From Octopus vulgaris (lineage: Eukaryota), in assembly GCA_951406725.2 (NCBI GenBank), contig OX597822.1, forward strand, positions 63,984,001 through 64,048,000: a DNA stretch of 64,000 nt, given 5' to 3'. A model generated the notes under the pieces. That model was given only the letters and a program-made list of their open reading frames with translations. It did not search any database and was not told the origin of the DNA. The position numbers and the translations under genes are program-made. The first letter of the stretch is position 1. Each line of letters begins with the position of its first letter. Below are positions 12,186 to 25,644 of this stretch, piece by piece.

Positions 12186-12741
12186 GTGTGCATGGAAGTG
12201 AGGAACATGAGTGGAGATGTGGAATGTAAGTGGAAGGGAGGGACATGAGTGGAAGTATGGTGTGTGAGTGGAAGGAGCATGAGTGGAGGTCAAGAAGTGT
12301 GAGTGGACGTTATGAAGGTGAGCGGTGGTTAAGAAGGTGAGTGGAAGTTAAGGAGCATGAGTGGAGGTTAAGGAGCATGTGTGGAGGCTAAGGAGCATGA
12401 GTGGAGGTTAAGAAGCATGAGTGGGGGTTAAAGAGTGTGAGTGGCGATTAAAGAGCATGAGTGCAGGTTAAAGAATGTGAGTGGAAGTTAAGGAGCATGA
12501 GTGGAAGTTAAGGAGCGTGAGTGGAGGTTAAGGAGCATGTGTGGAGGTTAAGGAGCATGAGTGGAGGTTAAAGAACGTGAGTGGAAGTTAAGGAGCGTGA
12601 GTGGAAGTTAAGGAGTGTGAGTAGAGGTTACGGAGCGTGAGTGGAAGTTAAGGAGCATGAGTAGAAGTTAAGGAGCGTGAGTGGAAGTTAAGTAGCATGA
12701 GTGGAAGTTAAGAAGTGTGAGTGGAAATGTAGAGTGGAAGT
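12186..12741. repeat. 20-bp minisatellite, roughly 25 copies
   Basis: Unit gagtggaggttaaggagcat; most homogeneous at 12340-12720. Confidence 0.95.
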
Positions 12742-12914
12742 GTGGAGTTTCTACAGCTGGATGCTTCCTCTCTTTTCAGAGGAAAATGAAAACTTGGCTG
12801 TTATTTCTAGCAATTTGGGCAACCATGTAGAGGTCACCTTGTTTGCTTGGTTCACAGAGATAGACTATGATGTTGGTGGTGGCATGAGTGATGTTTGCTG
12901 TGACAGTTGATCCG

Positions 12915-13200
12915 ATGAACAGAACAGCCTATTCATGAAATCAACATGCAAGTGGCTAAGTCCTCCGCAGACAGGCATGCATATCCTTAACTCTCCGGGG
13001 GAGATATTCAGCATGACACAAAATGTAACAAGTCTGGGGCCCTTTCAAATACAGATACTACTCATGTTTGCCAGCTGAGTGGACTGGAGCAACGCGAAAT
13101 AAAGTGCCTTGCTCAACGACACAGCACACTGCCCAGGAATCAAACTCACGACTTTATGAATGCGAGCCAAATACCCAAAACACTAAGCCATGGGCCTTCA
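12915..13200 (-). mobile_element. Degenerate tRNA/CORE-like SINE (family 5)
   Basis: cagctgagtggactggagcaacgcgaaataaagtgccttgctcaa block shared with 52860-52907. Confidence 0.6.
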
Positions 13201-13289
13201 CTATATGTAAGAGCATGAGAGAGACACAGATACAAGAGCAAAGTATTTTTATACAGGTGTTTGGTACAATGCAGAACTTAGCATGTTGG

Positions 13290-13783
13290 GGGTGATCCCT
13301 TGCTACTTCGCGGTTCAACTATCGCAGATTCATGACTTCGTGGATTTTTAAAATATATATATATATATATATATATTTTATTAAATCCATTAAAATATTA
13401 GTAATAAATATTATTTCCTAGTCTAGGAACAACAAAACAAGCATAAAATAGCCAAAAAGCATATACAGGGGTATTTGACCTTAAGACGGGCCTGTGATTG
13501 GTGCAATGGAGAGGGACGACGAATCACAGCTTTCTATTTTGTAATCTGGCCTGTGTAACAGTAACAATCTTTATTTTTTAAATCTAAAGTGTTATTGCTT
13601 AACAGTTGTCCTTGTCACTAATAAACTACTGTAATGGGTGGGTTGTTGACAGTATAGGGAGGGTTTTAAAAGTCCAAATACACGATAAATAAATACTGTA
13701 AATACGGTGTCCCTACTTCGCAGAAATTCAGTTATTGCGGCCGATCTCAGAACCAATCTATCACAATAAACGAGGGATCACTG
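13290..13783. mobile_element. Tigger/pogo-like MITE
   Basis: Termini gtgatcccttg and cgagggatcactg, followed by TA. Confidence 0.7.
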
Positions 13784-15365
13784 TATTTTTTATCACTACC
13801 TGTGTCCAAATTACTTAAGGGGACTCAGCGATTATTATTTCTCACAGAAGCCAAAAGACCAGAAATTTAGGAGCAGGGTGGAACAGTTGGTTACACAGAA
13901 CCCTGGTACATACTCTATCAGTGTCTTTTACTGAACCACTAAGTTATAGAGACATAAATAAACCAGCACTGGTTGTCAAGTAGTATGCATGTGTGTGTGA
14001 GACAAAGACACACACATGCGCAAACACACATATATAATATACATAATGGGCTCTTATGCAGTTTCTGTTGACCAGACCCACTCACAGAGCATTTTTTGGC
14101 TCAAGGTGCCACACAGTGGGACTGAAACCAGAAACAATATGATTGCAAAGCAAGCTTCTTAACCACACAGCCACGTAAGGAATCATGTCTGACAACAATG
14201 TTTTGATGATTATGATGATGATGATGGTGGTGGTGGTGGTGGTGACGGTAATTTGTCAATGTCCCTTCCCTCGTCTTCCCTATTTCAATTCCAGTCGAAA
14301 CTGCTTTACATCACTCTCAGAGAATCGCTAGGGAGAAAGACATTTTCCTAATCTTAAGATGGGGGGAGGGGACAAAACAAAACAAAACACAAAAAAAACC
14401 AAAACAAACATAACAAACATAACAAAGAAAAACAATAAAAACAAATTTTTAAAAATTCTAAGGTTTCATGGCAGTTACCATTTACTTTTGTTTAAATTCT
14501 TTAGCAGCAGTGGTAGTGGTAGTAGTAATGAGAGTGGTGGTGATAGTAGTGCTGATAGTGGTGGTAGTAATTGGATGGCTGAAAGGTGATTAGGAGAGGA
14601 AGAGGTGGAGTGTCAGGAAAGGGGAGAAAGAGCGAAAGAGAGGGGGGGTGCTGTTATTAAGTCATCCCAGATTACACAATGGTGGAGGTAAAAGTAGCAG
14701 CAGCAGTAGTAGTACAGTCAGAGTAGCAGAGATGTAGTGGTGGTGGTGGTGGTGGTCTCAATAGTGCAAGTAAGAGCAGTTTAGGTACGGTGGTGGATGT
14801 AGTAATTGACAGATGTGGTGATTGTAGTAGTCGTAGTAATGGTGGTAGTAGTGGTAATGTAAAGTAGTGGTTTAGCCCCAGGTCAGGCTCTGATCAAACA
14901 GGCTTATGATCAAAGGCATTCCAGCCATAACCATCCATCACACCACGTCCCATACCATACCATACCATCATCCTCTTGGGCATTGCGTATTTAGGACTAC
15001 ATCATTCAATGTGTTCCTCTTTTTTGGAGGAAAATGAAAATTTCGCTGTTATTTCTAGCAATCTGGGCATTGCCTTGTTGGTTTGGTTCACAGAGGGATA
15101 GATTATGATGTTGGTGGTGGCGTGAGTGGTGTTCGGTGTGACAGGGGTGATGGGGATGTTGATAGTAGATGTAATAGTTTTTGGCCGGTGCTTGGTGATA
15201 CTAATGACTGGTGTCCAGATGGTTGATGGTGATTATGGAAGAACAGCTCAGTAAAGAAGGGACTAGCAGAGTTACAGGGGTAGCAATTTTATAGCAGTAT
15301 CAGAGACAGACAGACAGACACCGCTACCACCACCACCACCACCAGCAGCAGCCTTCCACTCTCAC

Positions 15366-15452
15366 CTGCTGAATGAGATTCGGTCTACTGCCACCTTTGG
15401 TGATTGCCCAGGTGGTCCCCGTCTGCAGGTGTGGAAGCAATTGGGAAGATGT
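15366..15452 (-). other. Putative exon (87 nt)
   Basis: tactttacag acceptor, CAG|gtgaga donor, GC-richer unique sequence, two frames open. Confidence 0.45.
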
Positions 15453-16195
15453 CTGTAAAGTATTATGAAATGCCTGTGTTGTATAAATGAGGCTTCAGCA
15501 TCATTACTACTACTATTATTATTATCATTATTATTATTATTATTAGTAGTAGTAGTAGTAATAGCAGTAGTAGGAGTAGCAACAGTAATAGTAATAATTG
15601 TTTACAATTTAAGCAAAAGGCTAGTAATTTTGAGGAGAGGTGGGAGTGTCGATACCATCAACCCTAGTACTTGATAGGTACTTTATTTAAGTACTTAGGT
15701 CGGAGGTATCAACTTACCCCATCCCCTCAAAATTACTAGCCTTGTGCCTAAATCAGAAACTACTACTACTACTACTACAGATGGTTTCTAATTTAGGCAC
15801 AAGGCCGACAGTTTTGAGGGGTGGGATTTTGCTGATCACATCGACCCCGTTACTTAATTGGTATTTTATCAATCCCAAGAAGGATATAAGGTAAAGCTGA
15901 TCTTGGTAGAAGTTGAACTCAAGGTCAGAAAATTAAAGTTGGTGATAGAAAGAGCATCAAGCCATAATGATGTCAGTAGAAAAAGGTGGCAGGGGCAGAT
16001 GAAGACACCTAAATCCACAACAAAAGGAGCAGAAAATTCTAAATAAATCCTGATACAGTGAGTCTAGCCCTTTAGCATTTAAACTGGCCATATCTGGCCC
16101 AAATATTCTACTTGTTTTATACTCAAGCTGACCAGATCCAATCTACGCTATCATTCTAAATATCATACAATACCATTCTAAAAAATAAATATATA

Positions 16196-16718
16196 CCGTG
16201 AATCTTCGAGTATAGTCCGCTCTTGAGTATAATGTGCAGGGGATTTTTAGGGGGCAGTACTTTTGAAAAACCTAAACCTTGTGTTTAATACGCACCCCTT
16301 CTCTAACTTGAGTCGTGCGTAATTAAGCCAGCAGCACCTCGTCAAACAAACATTTCTGCGCATGCGTAATACAATAATGGTGATGTTCTTAACTGTTATA
16401 TGGGAATGTAAATATGATTGTAAATTGTTTTTGTTACATGTTATTCTGTGTTCTGAATACTTTTATTTTAATAAATGTTGCTTACTGCAAGTTATGGATG
16501 ATTCTTTTATGACTTTATTGCTTTCAGGCTTAGCTTAAGGTATTTTCGCACCCGATATCCTAAAATGCGTCTGAATAAACATTGCCAGACAGCAAATAGA
16601 GTCTTGGACATTGCTTAGAAAATACTTTTTAATTTTTAACCTCGTATATAGTATACACTAGGGATTTTGACCTTTAAATTTTGGGAAGAAAATGCGGATT
16701 ATACTCGAGGATTTACAG
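16196..16718. mobile_element. Tc1/mariner-pogo superfamily MITE
   Basis: TA-ccgtgaatcttcgagtatagtccgc ... gcggattatactcgaggatttacag-TA, about 25-bp TIRs. Confidence 0.85.
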
Positions 16719-17906
16719 TATATATATATACAACCCTGGTTGCATTTATGCAATGCAAAACCTACTCCTACTAGTTTGGACATGAACTTGCCAGGAAGCA
16801 ACTGACTGAGCATACAAAATGTTCAGTACGTAGTCGACACCCGTAGCTTACAGTTGCATACTGCCCTTCTCATCCAGATTGTGAAAGCTTACCAAAGCGT
16901 TTAATCTAAACACAGTGAAATTTTAAGACTACATTTTTTATGAGCATATACAGGTTAATGATAGGAAAGGCATTCAACCAGAAAATCTATGTCAAAACCA
17001 CATGACATACATAATGACAAAGATTATCATCTCTCTTTTACTTGTTTCAATCATTGGACAGTGGCCATCCTTGAGCACCACCTAGTTACTGCTAAGTTAT
17101 GAGGATGTAAACAAACCAGTACCATTTGTCAAGTGATTGGAGGTGACAATCATACACATACACACAAGACAGGCTTTCACACAGTTTCTGTCTTCTAGAT
17201 TCATTCACAAGGCATTGATTGGTTGGTCTGGGGCTATAACAAAAGACTATTGCCTGAAGTGATGTGTAGAGGGACAACCTGAAACCATGTGGCTCCAAAG
17301 CTAGCTTCCTAACCACACAGCTTGTGTCTATAGTAGATTCTTATTGTTTTTTTTTATGTATATGTATATCAGATTGTATGAAGGCACATGACCTCATGGT
17401 TAGGTCCATGACTGCTATGCTATGGGCAATTCTTGGACTGGGCAGTGTGATGCATCCTTGAGCAAGAAACTTCATTTCCCACTGCTACTGTCCACTCTAC
17501 TGAAAATCAGTACAATTTAGGCAAAATCTTATACTCCCTCTCAGATACCTAAATGCTTTGGAAATGAAACTTATGAGGCTGTAGGATTTTTAATTTTTTA
17601 TATGAGATGATGAATGACTATGAAAATTGCTAGACCCAAGAGGCAAGACTGATGCCAGCTTAAAAAAAAATTAACAATATGAGGCTGAAGAGGATTCTGT
17701 TTTAACCAATTCAGATAAATGGAAAACTACATAAAAATTTGATAAATACTGACCAAGGTAATATCAGTACAACAATGATTATGACAATAACAACCATATT
17801 GTATCCTTTTAATGAAATCTCTATGATGAGATAGTCCAACCAAGTAAGTTTGTTCCTACCTTATGAGGAAGTTACAACATCACAACTGCCAGATCAGTAA
17901 ACACAC

Positions 17907-17945
17907 ACTTACCTACAATAAAAGAAAAGACGAAAATGAAAATAA
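17907..17945 (-). promoter_or_regulatory. Candidate recursive splice site (juxtaposed 3' and 5' splice sites)
   Basis: Minus strand ttattttcattttcgtcttttcttttattgtag|gtaagt. Confidence 0.45.
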
Positions 17946-18513
17946 ACATATAAACTATTTATTCTGATAATTTCAATTACATTATTCAACAAAGTAAAAA
18001 AAAAAAAAAAGATAGATATGTAAAAATAAAACAAATCTAGTTTTCAGATGAAAAACACAAAAATAATAATGGTTTCAAATTTTGGCACAGGGTCCCAATA
18101 ATTTTTCCGGGGAGGGGAGAAATCAATTACATTGACCCCCACCCCTGACATTTGACTGTTGCTTATTTTATCTACCCCCCCTCCGTCGATCTCAGCAGAA
18201 TTTGAACTTGGAATATAAATAATATATTGGAGAGGTGGTCAGTTGAGTACGCAAATGGCCAGTTGGTGCCCCAGCATGGCCACAGCCTTCGGGCTGAAAC
18301 ATTTTAAAGGATTTAAGGATTTAATACCAATAATGATAAAAACTGGAAATGCTCCATGAAAAAAAGATTTAGAATTAATTACTCTGCTCTGACCGAAAAT
18401 ACAACCACCTTCCCCACCCAACCCCTGCTCCTGCAGCAACAGCAGTGGCATCAGCAGATTGGAAGAATTCGGCAAAATATTGGACAAAATGTCTTGGAAT
18501 ATTTGTTCTATTT

Positions 18514-18954
18514 AAGGCGGCAAGCTGGCAGAAATGCTAGCAAGCCGGGCGAAATGCTTAGCGGTATTTCGTCTGCCTCTACGTGTGGTAAGTAGCTTGC
18601 TTACCAACCACATGGTTCCGGGTTCAGTCCCACTGCGTGACACCTTGGGCAAGTGTCTTCTACAAAAGCCTCGGGCCAACAAAAGCCTTGTGAGTAGATT
18701 TGGTAGACAGAAACTGAAAGAAGCCTGTTGTATATATGTATATATATATGTGTGTGTGTGTTTGTCCCCCCAACATCACTTGATAACTGATACTGGTGTG
18801 TTTACTTCCCTGTTACTTAGCGGTTCAGCAAAAGAGACCGATAGAATAAGTACTAGGCTTACAAAGAATAAGTCCTGGGGTCGATTTGCTCGACTAAAGG
18901 TGGTGCTCCAGCATGGCTGCAGTCAAATGACTGAAACAAGTAAAAGAGAGAGAG
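18514..18954 (+). mobile_element. Chimeric SINE: family-2 head fused to a family-1 body
   Basis: aaggcggcaagctggcag...tctgcctctacg (to about 18582) runs directly into tgtggtaagtagc... Confidence 0.8.
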
Positions 18955-19196
18955 CCAGAATCAATGTCACAAATCATTTTTTTCTGACGCTCTAATGATT
19001 CTATTGCGTGGAGGTGCATGACTTAGTGCTTCAGGCGTTGGATTTCGTGATTGTAAGATTGTGGTTTTGACTCCTAGATCGGGCAATACATTGTGTTCTT
19101 GAGCAAAACACTTCATTTCACATGGCTCCAGTCAACTCAACTGGAAAAATATGTAGTTCTTGTGATGGAATCGGTGTTCCTTCAAGGTGGGAATAC

Positions 19197-19380
19197 ATCA
19201 TCATCATCATTTAGCGTCTGCTTTCCATGCTAGCATGGGTTGGACGGTTCAACTGGGGTCTGTGAAGCTGGAAGGCTTCGTCAGGCCCAGTCAGATCTGG
19301 CAGTATTTCTACGGCTGGATGCCCTTCCTAACGCCAACCACTCCGTGAGTGTAGTGGTTGCTTTTTACGTGCCACCTGCA
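19197..19380 (-). mobile_element. (GAT)n-tailed retroposon 3' fragment (family 3)
   Basis: catcatcat-ttagcgtctgctttccatgctagcatggg...ggatgcccttcctaacgccaacc, shared with many copies. Confidence 0.75.
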
Positions 19381-21019
19381 CATACACCAGAAAACTGGGA
19401 AACCAGCCCTATGAAGGGAGAGGGTTAGTCAATTACATTGACTTCAGTTCTCGACTGTTTTTTTATTTACCCAACCCCAGAAGGATGGAAAGCAAAGGTA
19501 GCACTGGTAGGATTTGAACTCAAAATATAAAGAGCCAAAAGAAATACTGTAAGGTATTTTATTTTGTTCCGATGCTAAAGATTTTGCTAATCCACTGTTT
19601 CACTCTTGATAATTTCTAAATTTCTGCACAAGGGAGGCCAACAATTCTGAGGGGTGGGGAATCAGAATTAGTCAATTATACATCATCCCAGAGTACGACT
19701 GGTATTTTTTTTTATTCTATTGGCCCCTGGAGTGGCGGTGGGAGGTGAGAAGCCAAGATGACTCAGGAACATAAAAGACCTGGATGGGGTAAATGCTTCA
19801 AGACATTTTTTAAAAAACAAAAAATCCAATGCTCTAAGGAACCTGCCAACCAACCAATGCTACTCTCACGACCACTACCACCACTACTACTAATACTAAT
19901 AATAATAATAATAAGCCCTTCTGCTATAAATCTCTTGGACTTGTGTCACTGTGAGAAATCACCGTTATTCTCACTGTCATGTTGCCAAAGACTGAATGGA
20001 AATTTGGGTTTTCTTGTGCCACGTTCCTGGTAATCAATAATAAGCTATTAATTCAATTCAGGGTTCTTCTTATATATGAAAAAACAAAAAAAAAATTTTT
20101 AAGAGACCACCATAAGAAGAGAATGGTTTCTATCGTTATTTTATTTAATTTTTCTTTTTTCTTTTTCTTTGGAATTCTATTTCTTTGCAGCTGGGATCTT
20201 GAATAAAAGACAGCAAATGAAAGATGTCAATGGTCTCGATCACCCTGAAATAAGTGTGCATATGTGCATGTGGTTGTGGTTGAAGGAACGAAACTGCAGC
20301 AAAACATCTCTATATGCCTGCGTATGTATATATGTATGTAGGTATCTGCATACCTTGTGTGTGTGTGTGTATGTATGTGTGTGTGTGTATATATATATGT
20401 GTGTGTGTGTGTGCACATGTGTGTGTGTATATATATGTATTATAGTATGTATGTCTTTGTACATGCAAACATGCGTGTGTATATATGCTTGAATGTGTGT
20501 GTTTGTGTATAAAGTACGAGTAGTTGTGAGTGCATACATATATAAAACATTTTGTATTTGTCGGAAGACAGGTGCATAATTAGAAAAAAAAAAAAAATCG
20601 GGTATTGATGGGGATGGATGGGTAGTTAGGGAACTAAACAAAGAATATTAAAAAAAAACACACACACACTCACACAAACACTTGGAAAAAAAAAAGAAGT
20701 GGGAGTTGGCGGGGTGCAGTGGGAGGAAGCGTTTCAGGTTTTTATAAAAGTTTACAAGCATGAGACAAAAGAAATTGGGAGTGTTGTTGTTTGTTTCGGA
20801 TGATGGGAATTGTGGGGGGGGTTGGGGCTGGATGTGGTGTTAGTGGTGGAGGTCTTTATCATTTGACAGAAGATAAGAATGATCTGTCAGACCATGTTTT
20901 TGTCTGCCAGTCCAGATTCAGTTTGATTCCATCCCTGCCACCCCCACCCCAACCAGAAGGGGAGTCAGTTATTATCAGATCTGTCATAAAGTAACAACAA
21001 GCATAGATCACACAACAGC

Positions 21020-21569
21020 AATGGTGGCCTGCACCACCACGGCCACGACGACCACCACCACTCCAAGCAATAGCAGTATACTTCCATCACCAGTAGCATT
21101 ATCGGCACAACCATCATCACCACCACCACCACCACCTGCAAACAGCTGTAGTAATGTTACCATCAACACCTCCAGCATCACCACCAACATCATTATAACA
21201 ATCATCAACCACCAATGCTGCCAACAGTAGTAGTAGTGGTGATGGTGGTAGTGATGGTGGTGGTAGTGGTAGCAGTAGTAGTAGTAGCAGGAGTGGTGGT
21301 AGTGGTGGTTGTAGTAGTGATGGTGGTAGTGGTAGTAGTGGTAGTAGTGATGGTGTTGGTAGTAGTCGTAGTAAGTAGCACTACAACCACCACCACAACC
21401 ACCATCATCACCAGTGCAAACACCATTACCACTACAGTCACCAGCAACATTAGCACCACCACCAACTAATACTACCACCAGTTGTAGCATTAGTAGTTCT
21501 AGTATCAGCGCCACCACCACTGCCACCACCTCCACCATCAGTTATAGTATTTAGTAGCTCCAATGCCCC

Positions 21570-21601
<32 letters not shown>

Positions 21602-21800
21602 CAACAGTAATAACTGCTATGAAACTCAAAAGAGCAGCAGAGAACTGCAGAGATAGGCAACGGAATATACTGTCTGGAACTAATTTTTACAGACAAGCAA
21701 TCATCATCATCATCATTACTACCATTGCCATCACCATCATTGTCCATCATCATCATCAGTAACAGCAACACTTCCACCGACATCATCACCATCATTTTGC
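21020..21800. repeat. Compound trinucleotide low-complexity block with an internal strand switch
   Basis: (CAC/ACC)n, then (GTG/GTA)n at 21227-21375, then (CAC/CAT/CAA)n. Confidence 0.9.
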
Positions 21801-22528
21801 TTTTCGCATGAATTTATTTTACCAAAATAAACACACACATACAAAAAAAAAAAAAAAAAAAAGGAGCTCCAAGGAGCCCCTATATGCACTTGCATGTATA
21901 TACACTTATAGACAGTTAATAGAAAAAGTTCACAAAGTGGAATGAATTATTTAGCTGTGAGAGAGAAATAACATTTGAAGTTATCCAGAAAGTGACAAAT
22001 CCATCAGGATCTAGGTTTTAACGCAGAGGGGGAAGGGTGGAAAGAACACAGCAGATAAAGGTTTAAACTCCCAAATGTTGGTTATTTGAGTTAGGAGTTT
22101 ATGATGTCTCTGATGCTAAACAGATGAGGATTCGTTTTGACTCTAATCCATCAATTCCTTGCCTTTCAAATGTGTTTTTCCAATCGGATTCTATTGGACA
22201 ATATTGCCATTTTGTACATTATGCTTCAAATAGATTCTGGAAGTCATTTTCACGAATGAGTTAAATGGCCATGTACACTTGGACAGCTACATTAATTCTC
22301 TGCATTTGAACACTATCAAATACCTCTCGCAGAATTTGAACTTGCGTAATAAATGAGTCGAGTATCCAACGCCTTTATCAATTTAGCCACAGCAATGTTT
22401 TATTGCCAATCCTTTTAAGCCTTTTTGCAACTACACTTCTAAAGGAAAACTGCTTGACCATTTTTTTTTTTTACTGCTTTTTTCTGTTGAATTACAACAC
22501 TGCCATTATGTCAAATAATTTGGGAAAT

Positions 22529-22906
22529 TCTTTTACTCTTTTACTTGTTTCTGTCATTTGACTGTGGTCATGCTGGAGCACCGCCTTTAGTCGAGCAAAC
22601 TGACCCCCAGGACTTATTCTATCGGTCTATTTTGCCAAATCGCTAAGTTACGGGGACGTAAACACACCAGCATCGGTTGTCAAGCGATGTTGGGGGGGGG
22701 GGGCAAACACATAAACACACACACATACATACATATATACGATTGGCTTCTTTCAGTTTCCGTCTATCAAATCCACTCACAAGGCTTTGGTCGGCCCGAG
22801 GCTATAGTTGAAGACACTAGCCCAAGGTGCCATGCAATGGGAATGAACCCGGAACCATGTGGTTTGTAAGCAAGCTACTTACCACACAGCCAGCCACTCC
22901 TGCGCC
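22529..22906 (-). mobile_element. SINE family 1
   Basis: Reverse complement of the family 1 copies. Confidence 0.9.
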
Positions 22907-24731
22907 TATGAAGAATATAGTAAAGCAAGTTTTTTTTCTTTATCAACCCTTTCATTATCCACCCAGCTGAAACCGGTTCTGGCTCTGTAATACAAATATC
23001 TTGTTTTCATAAGTTTTGAATTAAAATTTGCATTATAGAACTTGGGAAGTCTCTGGCAGTTTGGTATCAAAAGGGTTGAGTATTTCAGCTAATTTTGAAA
23101 ATAGTGACAAATTAATCCTTTTAACCTCTATTTTAAATGCAAAAAAAAAATTGTACAAAGTTTGAAAGTGTTTAGTTACAAAAAGTTATTTTTTAAATCT
23201 GTCGGGTCAAAAGGTAAAGATCCATTTGATGTGTCCAAAGACTATATCGAACTCTAATGTCTGTTTCACCATGGTTTTTTTACAGCTGGGTGTCCTTTCT
23301 AATGCCAAACACACCATTGAGGTTGCCATGCAGTTTGCAAGACTACAAACTCCGAATGGGGTGGTGATAGGGCTCAACTTCGTGCTAAGGGGCAAGAGGC
23401 ACACACCCGACAGGCTTCTGCAAAGTTTCTGTCAACCAAATTCACTCACAAGGCATTGGTTTATCTTGGGAACGGTTAAAAATAAAATGGTATTGTGTGT
23501 GGAAGACAAAGTCTTTCTGTTAAGCTCAGGAGTAAAAATGTCAGCAAATGAGACAAGCACTGTGGCTTTTTCTGACTATCACAGCTTCAAGTAAAGCCTG
23601 AGTGTTATGCATCGGTGATTATGATTAGAACCACTCAACTTGAAAATGTTGATTGCTGTGAATTATTTCCTGGCTTGTTGCTAAAGTACCAAATAACACA
23701 GGTAACCCAAAATATAACCATCTCACTTTATTTTATGTTGACAACTAATCAGATCTTTATGTAGTTACACAAACAGCCAATAAGACAAGTCTGTATTTGG
23801 CTGTCCAAACAGCTAGAAATAACAGTAAAATTCCCTTTAAATCGAGCTTTACTACCACGGGATTCGACAGACAGAACTGAAAAAGAAGCCTGTTGTGTAT
23901 ATGTATGCGTGTATGTGTGAGTGTCTCTGTGTGTACCTTTGCCCTGACATCACGTAATGGTTATAAACAAGCATCGTTGTTATACAAATGACGTTTGTTT
24001 CCAATTTTCCATACAGAAAACATATCTGTCCCTGGGGAAATACTACCTAACTTTGACAGGTAGGGTATCCAGCCTTAAAAAAAATTGCCTCAGCAAATTC
24101 CATCTAACTCATGCAAGCATAGAAAAGTGGACATTAAATAATGATGATGATTTTTCAAAACTTTTATTTGTTTTAGTCATTAGACTGTGGCCATACTGGG
24201 GCACGGCCTTGAAGGAGTTTTAGTTGAATGAATCAACCCAAATACCTTTTTTTTTTTTTTTTTTTTTTTGAAAGCCTGGTGCTTATTCTATCAGTCTCTT
24301 TTGCCAAACTGCTACCGGGACATTAACACACCAGCACTGGGTGTCAAACACAATAACATACACACACACATCTATCTACCACTACCAATCTATCTATCTA
24401 CCTATCTCTGTGTGTGTATATATATATATATAAATAGAAAAAAATCCACCTTTTATCAATTGAATTTTTCCCTGTAAGTTTGGAATAATACTCCCTCATA
24501 TTATATATATCATCATCATCGTCGTTTAGCGTCCGTTTTCCATGCTAGCATGGGTTGGACACATATATATATATATATATATTCCCGTAACTTAGCGGTT
24601 CGGCAAAAGAGGCTGATAGAATAAGTCCTAGGCTTATAAAGCATGAGTCCTGGGGTCGATTTGTTCGAGTAAAAGAGGTGCTCCAGTATGGCCGCAGTCA
24701 AATGACTGAAACAAATAAAAGAGTAAAAGAG

Positions 24732-24791
<60 letters not shown>

Positions 24792-25236
24792 TACAAGGGA
24801 CTTCTTTCAGTTTCTGTCAACCAAATTTACTCAAAAGGCTTTGGTAGAAGACACTTGTCCAAAGTGCCATGCAATAAGACTGAACCCAGAACGATGTGGT
24901 TTGGAAGCAAGCTCCAAAAGGGATGATCACAGAAAGCCTTTGTTCATAAGACTGTTTAATTCAGGATTGATCTGGCGCTTAACTATTTCATGTAAATAAA
25001 GAAAAATGTATGCATGGCTGATTACGATTTAAATCAGTCACGTTGAAAATGTCGATTGTTCTGTAAATTTCATGCCTCGTTAGGTGTTATTTGGTGCTTT
25101 TGCTGTACGACCCAATTATAATGTCACTATATATAAATGTTGAAAATCTGCACTAGAAAGTCATGAATATCACATAATCTCATTTCAGTTCTCCATACAT
25201 CTAAGACCTTGCCTATATCTACGTTGGGAAATTATG

Positions 25237-25271
<35 letters not shown>

Positions 25272-25644
25272 ATGATAGTATATACTACACAACCTGTAGG
25301 TAATATCATGTTATTAGGTGTTCTGATGTATTTATTCATTGGCAAGGCTGTGCTTTCAACAATCCAGTCTAACCAGCTGTAAATCAAAACAAGAGAATCT
25401 CTAAGTGGTTGCTCAAACAGCTAGAAATAATAGCCAAATCTCTTTCTCTGAGAACATGAGATGTGCATTAAATAATCTAGTCTTATATACACTGTGTTGG
25501 AAATTGGAATTCTTTTGATCCCAGTCTGCATGGTCAAAGCTGATTTAGGATTAAGCTCAATTAGAAAAAATTACAGGCATACTTATGGGAATTTTATATT
25601 TTTTATTATATTTTCAAGATAAATGTTAAACTAAAGTTATTATT

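Noticed and set aside
12186-12741. CRISPR-like periodicity
   Set aside because: Contiguous tandem units with no unique spacers, no cas genes and a eukaryotic context.
18534-18995. 153-aa ORF and similar SINE-spanning ORFs (NHMVPGSVPLRGTLGKCLL...)
   Set aside because: Translation of SINE family 1, repeated at every copy; not a gene.
21008-21795. Poly-V/T/H ORFs
   Set aside because: Trinucleotide microsatellite translations.
22330-22392. Minus-strand tRNA-like segment with A and B boxes
   Set aside because: Does not close a cloverleaf; more likely a decayed SINE head. The same applies to the other SINE heads, so no tRNA gene is called.
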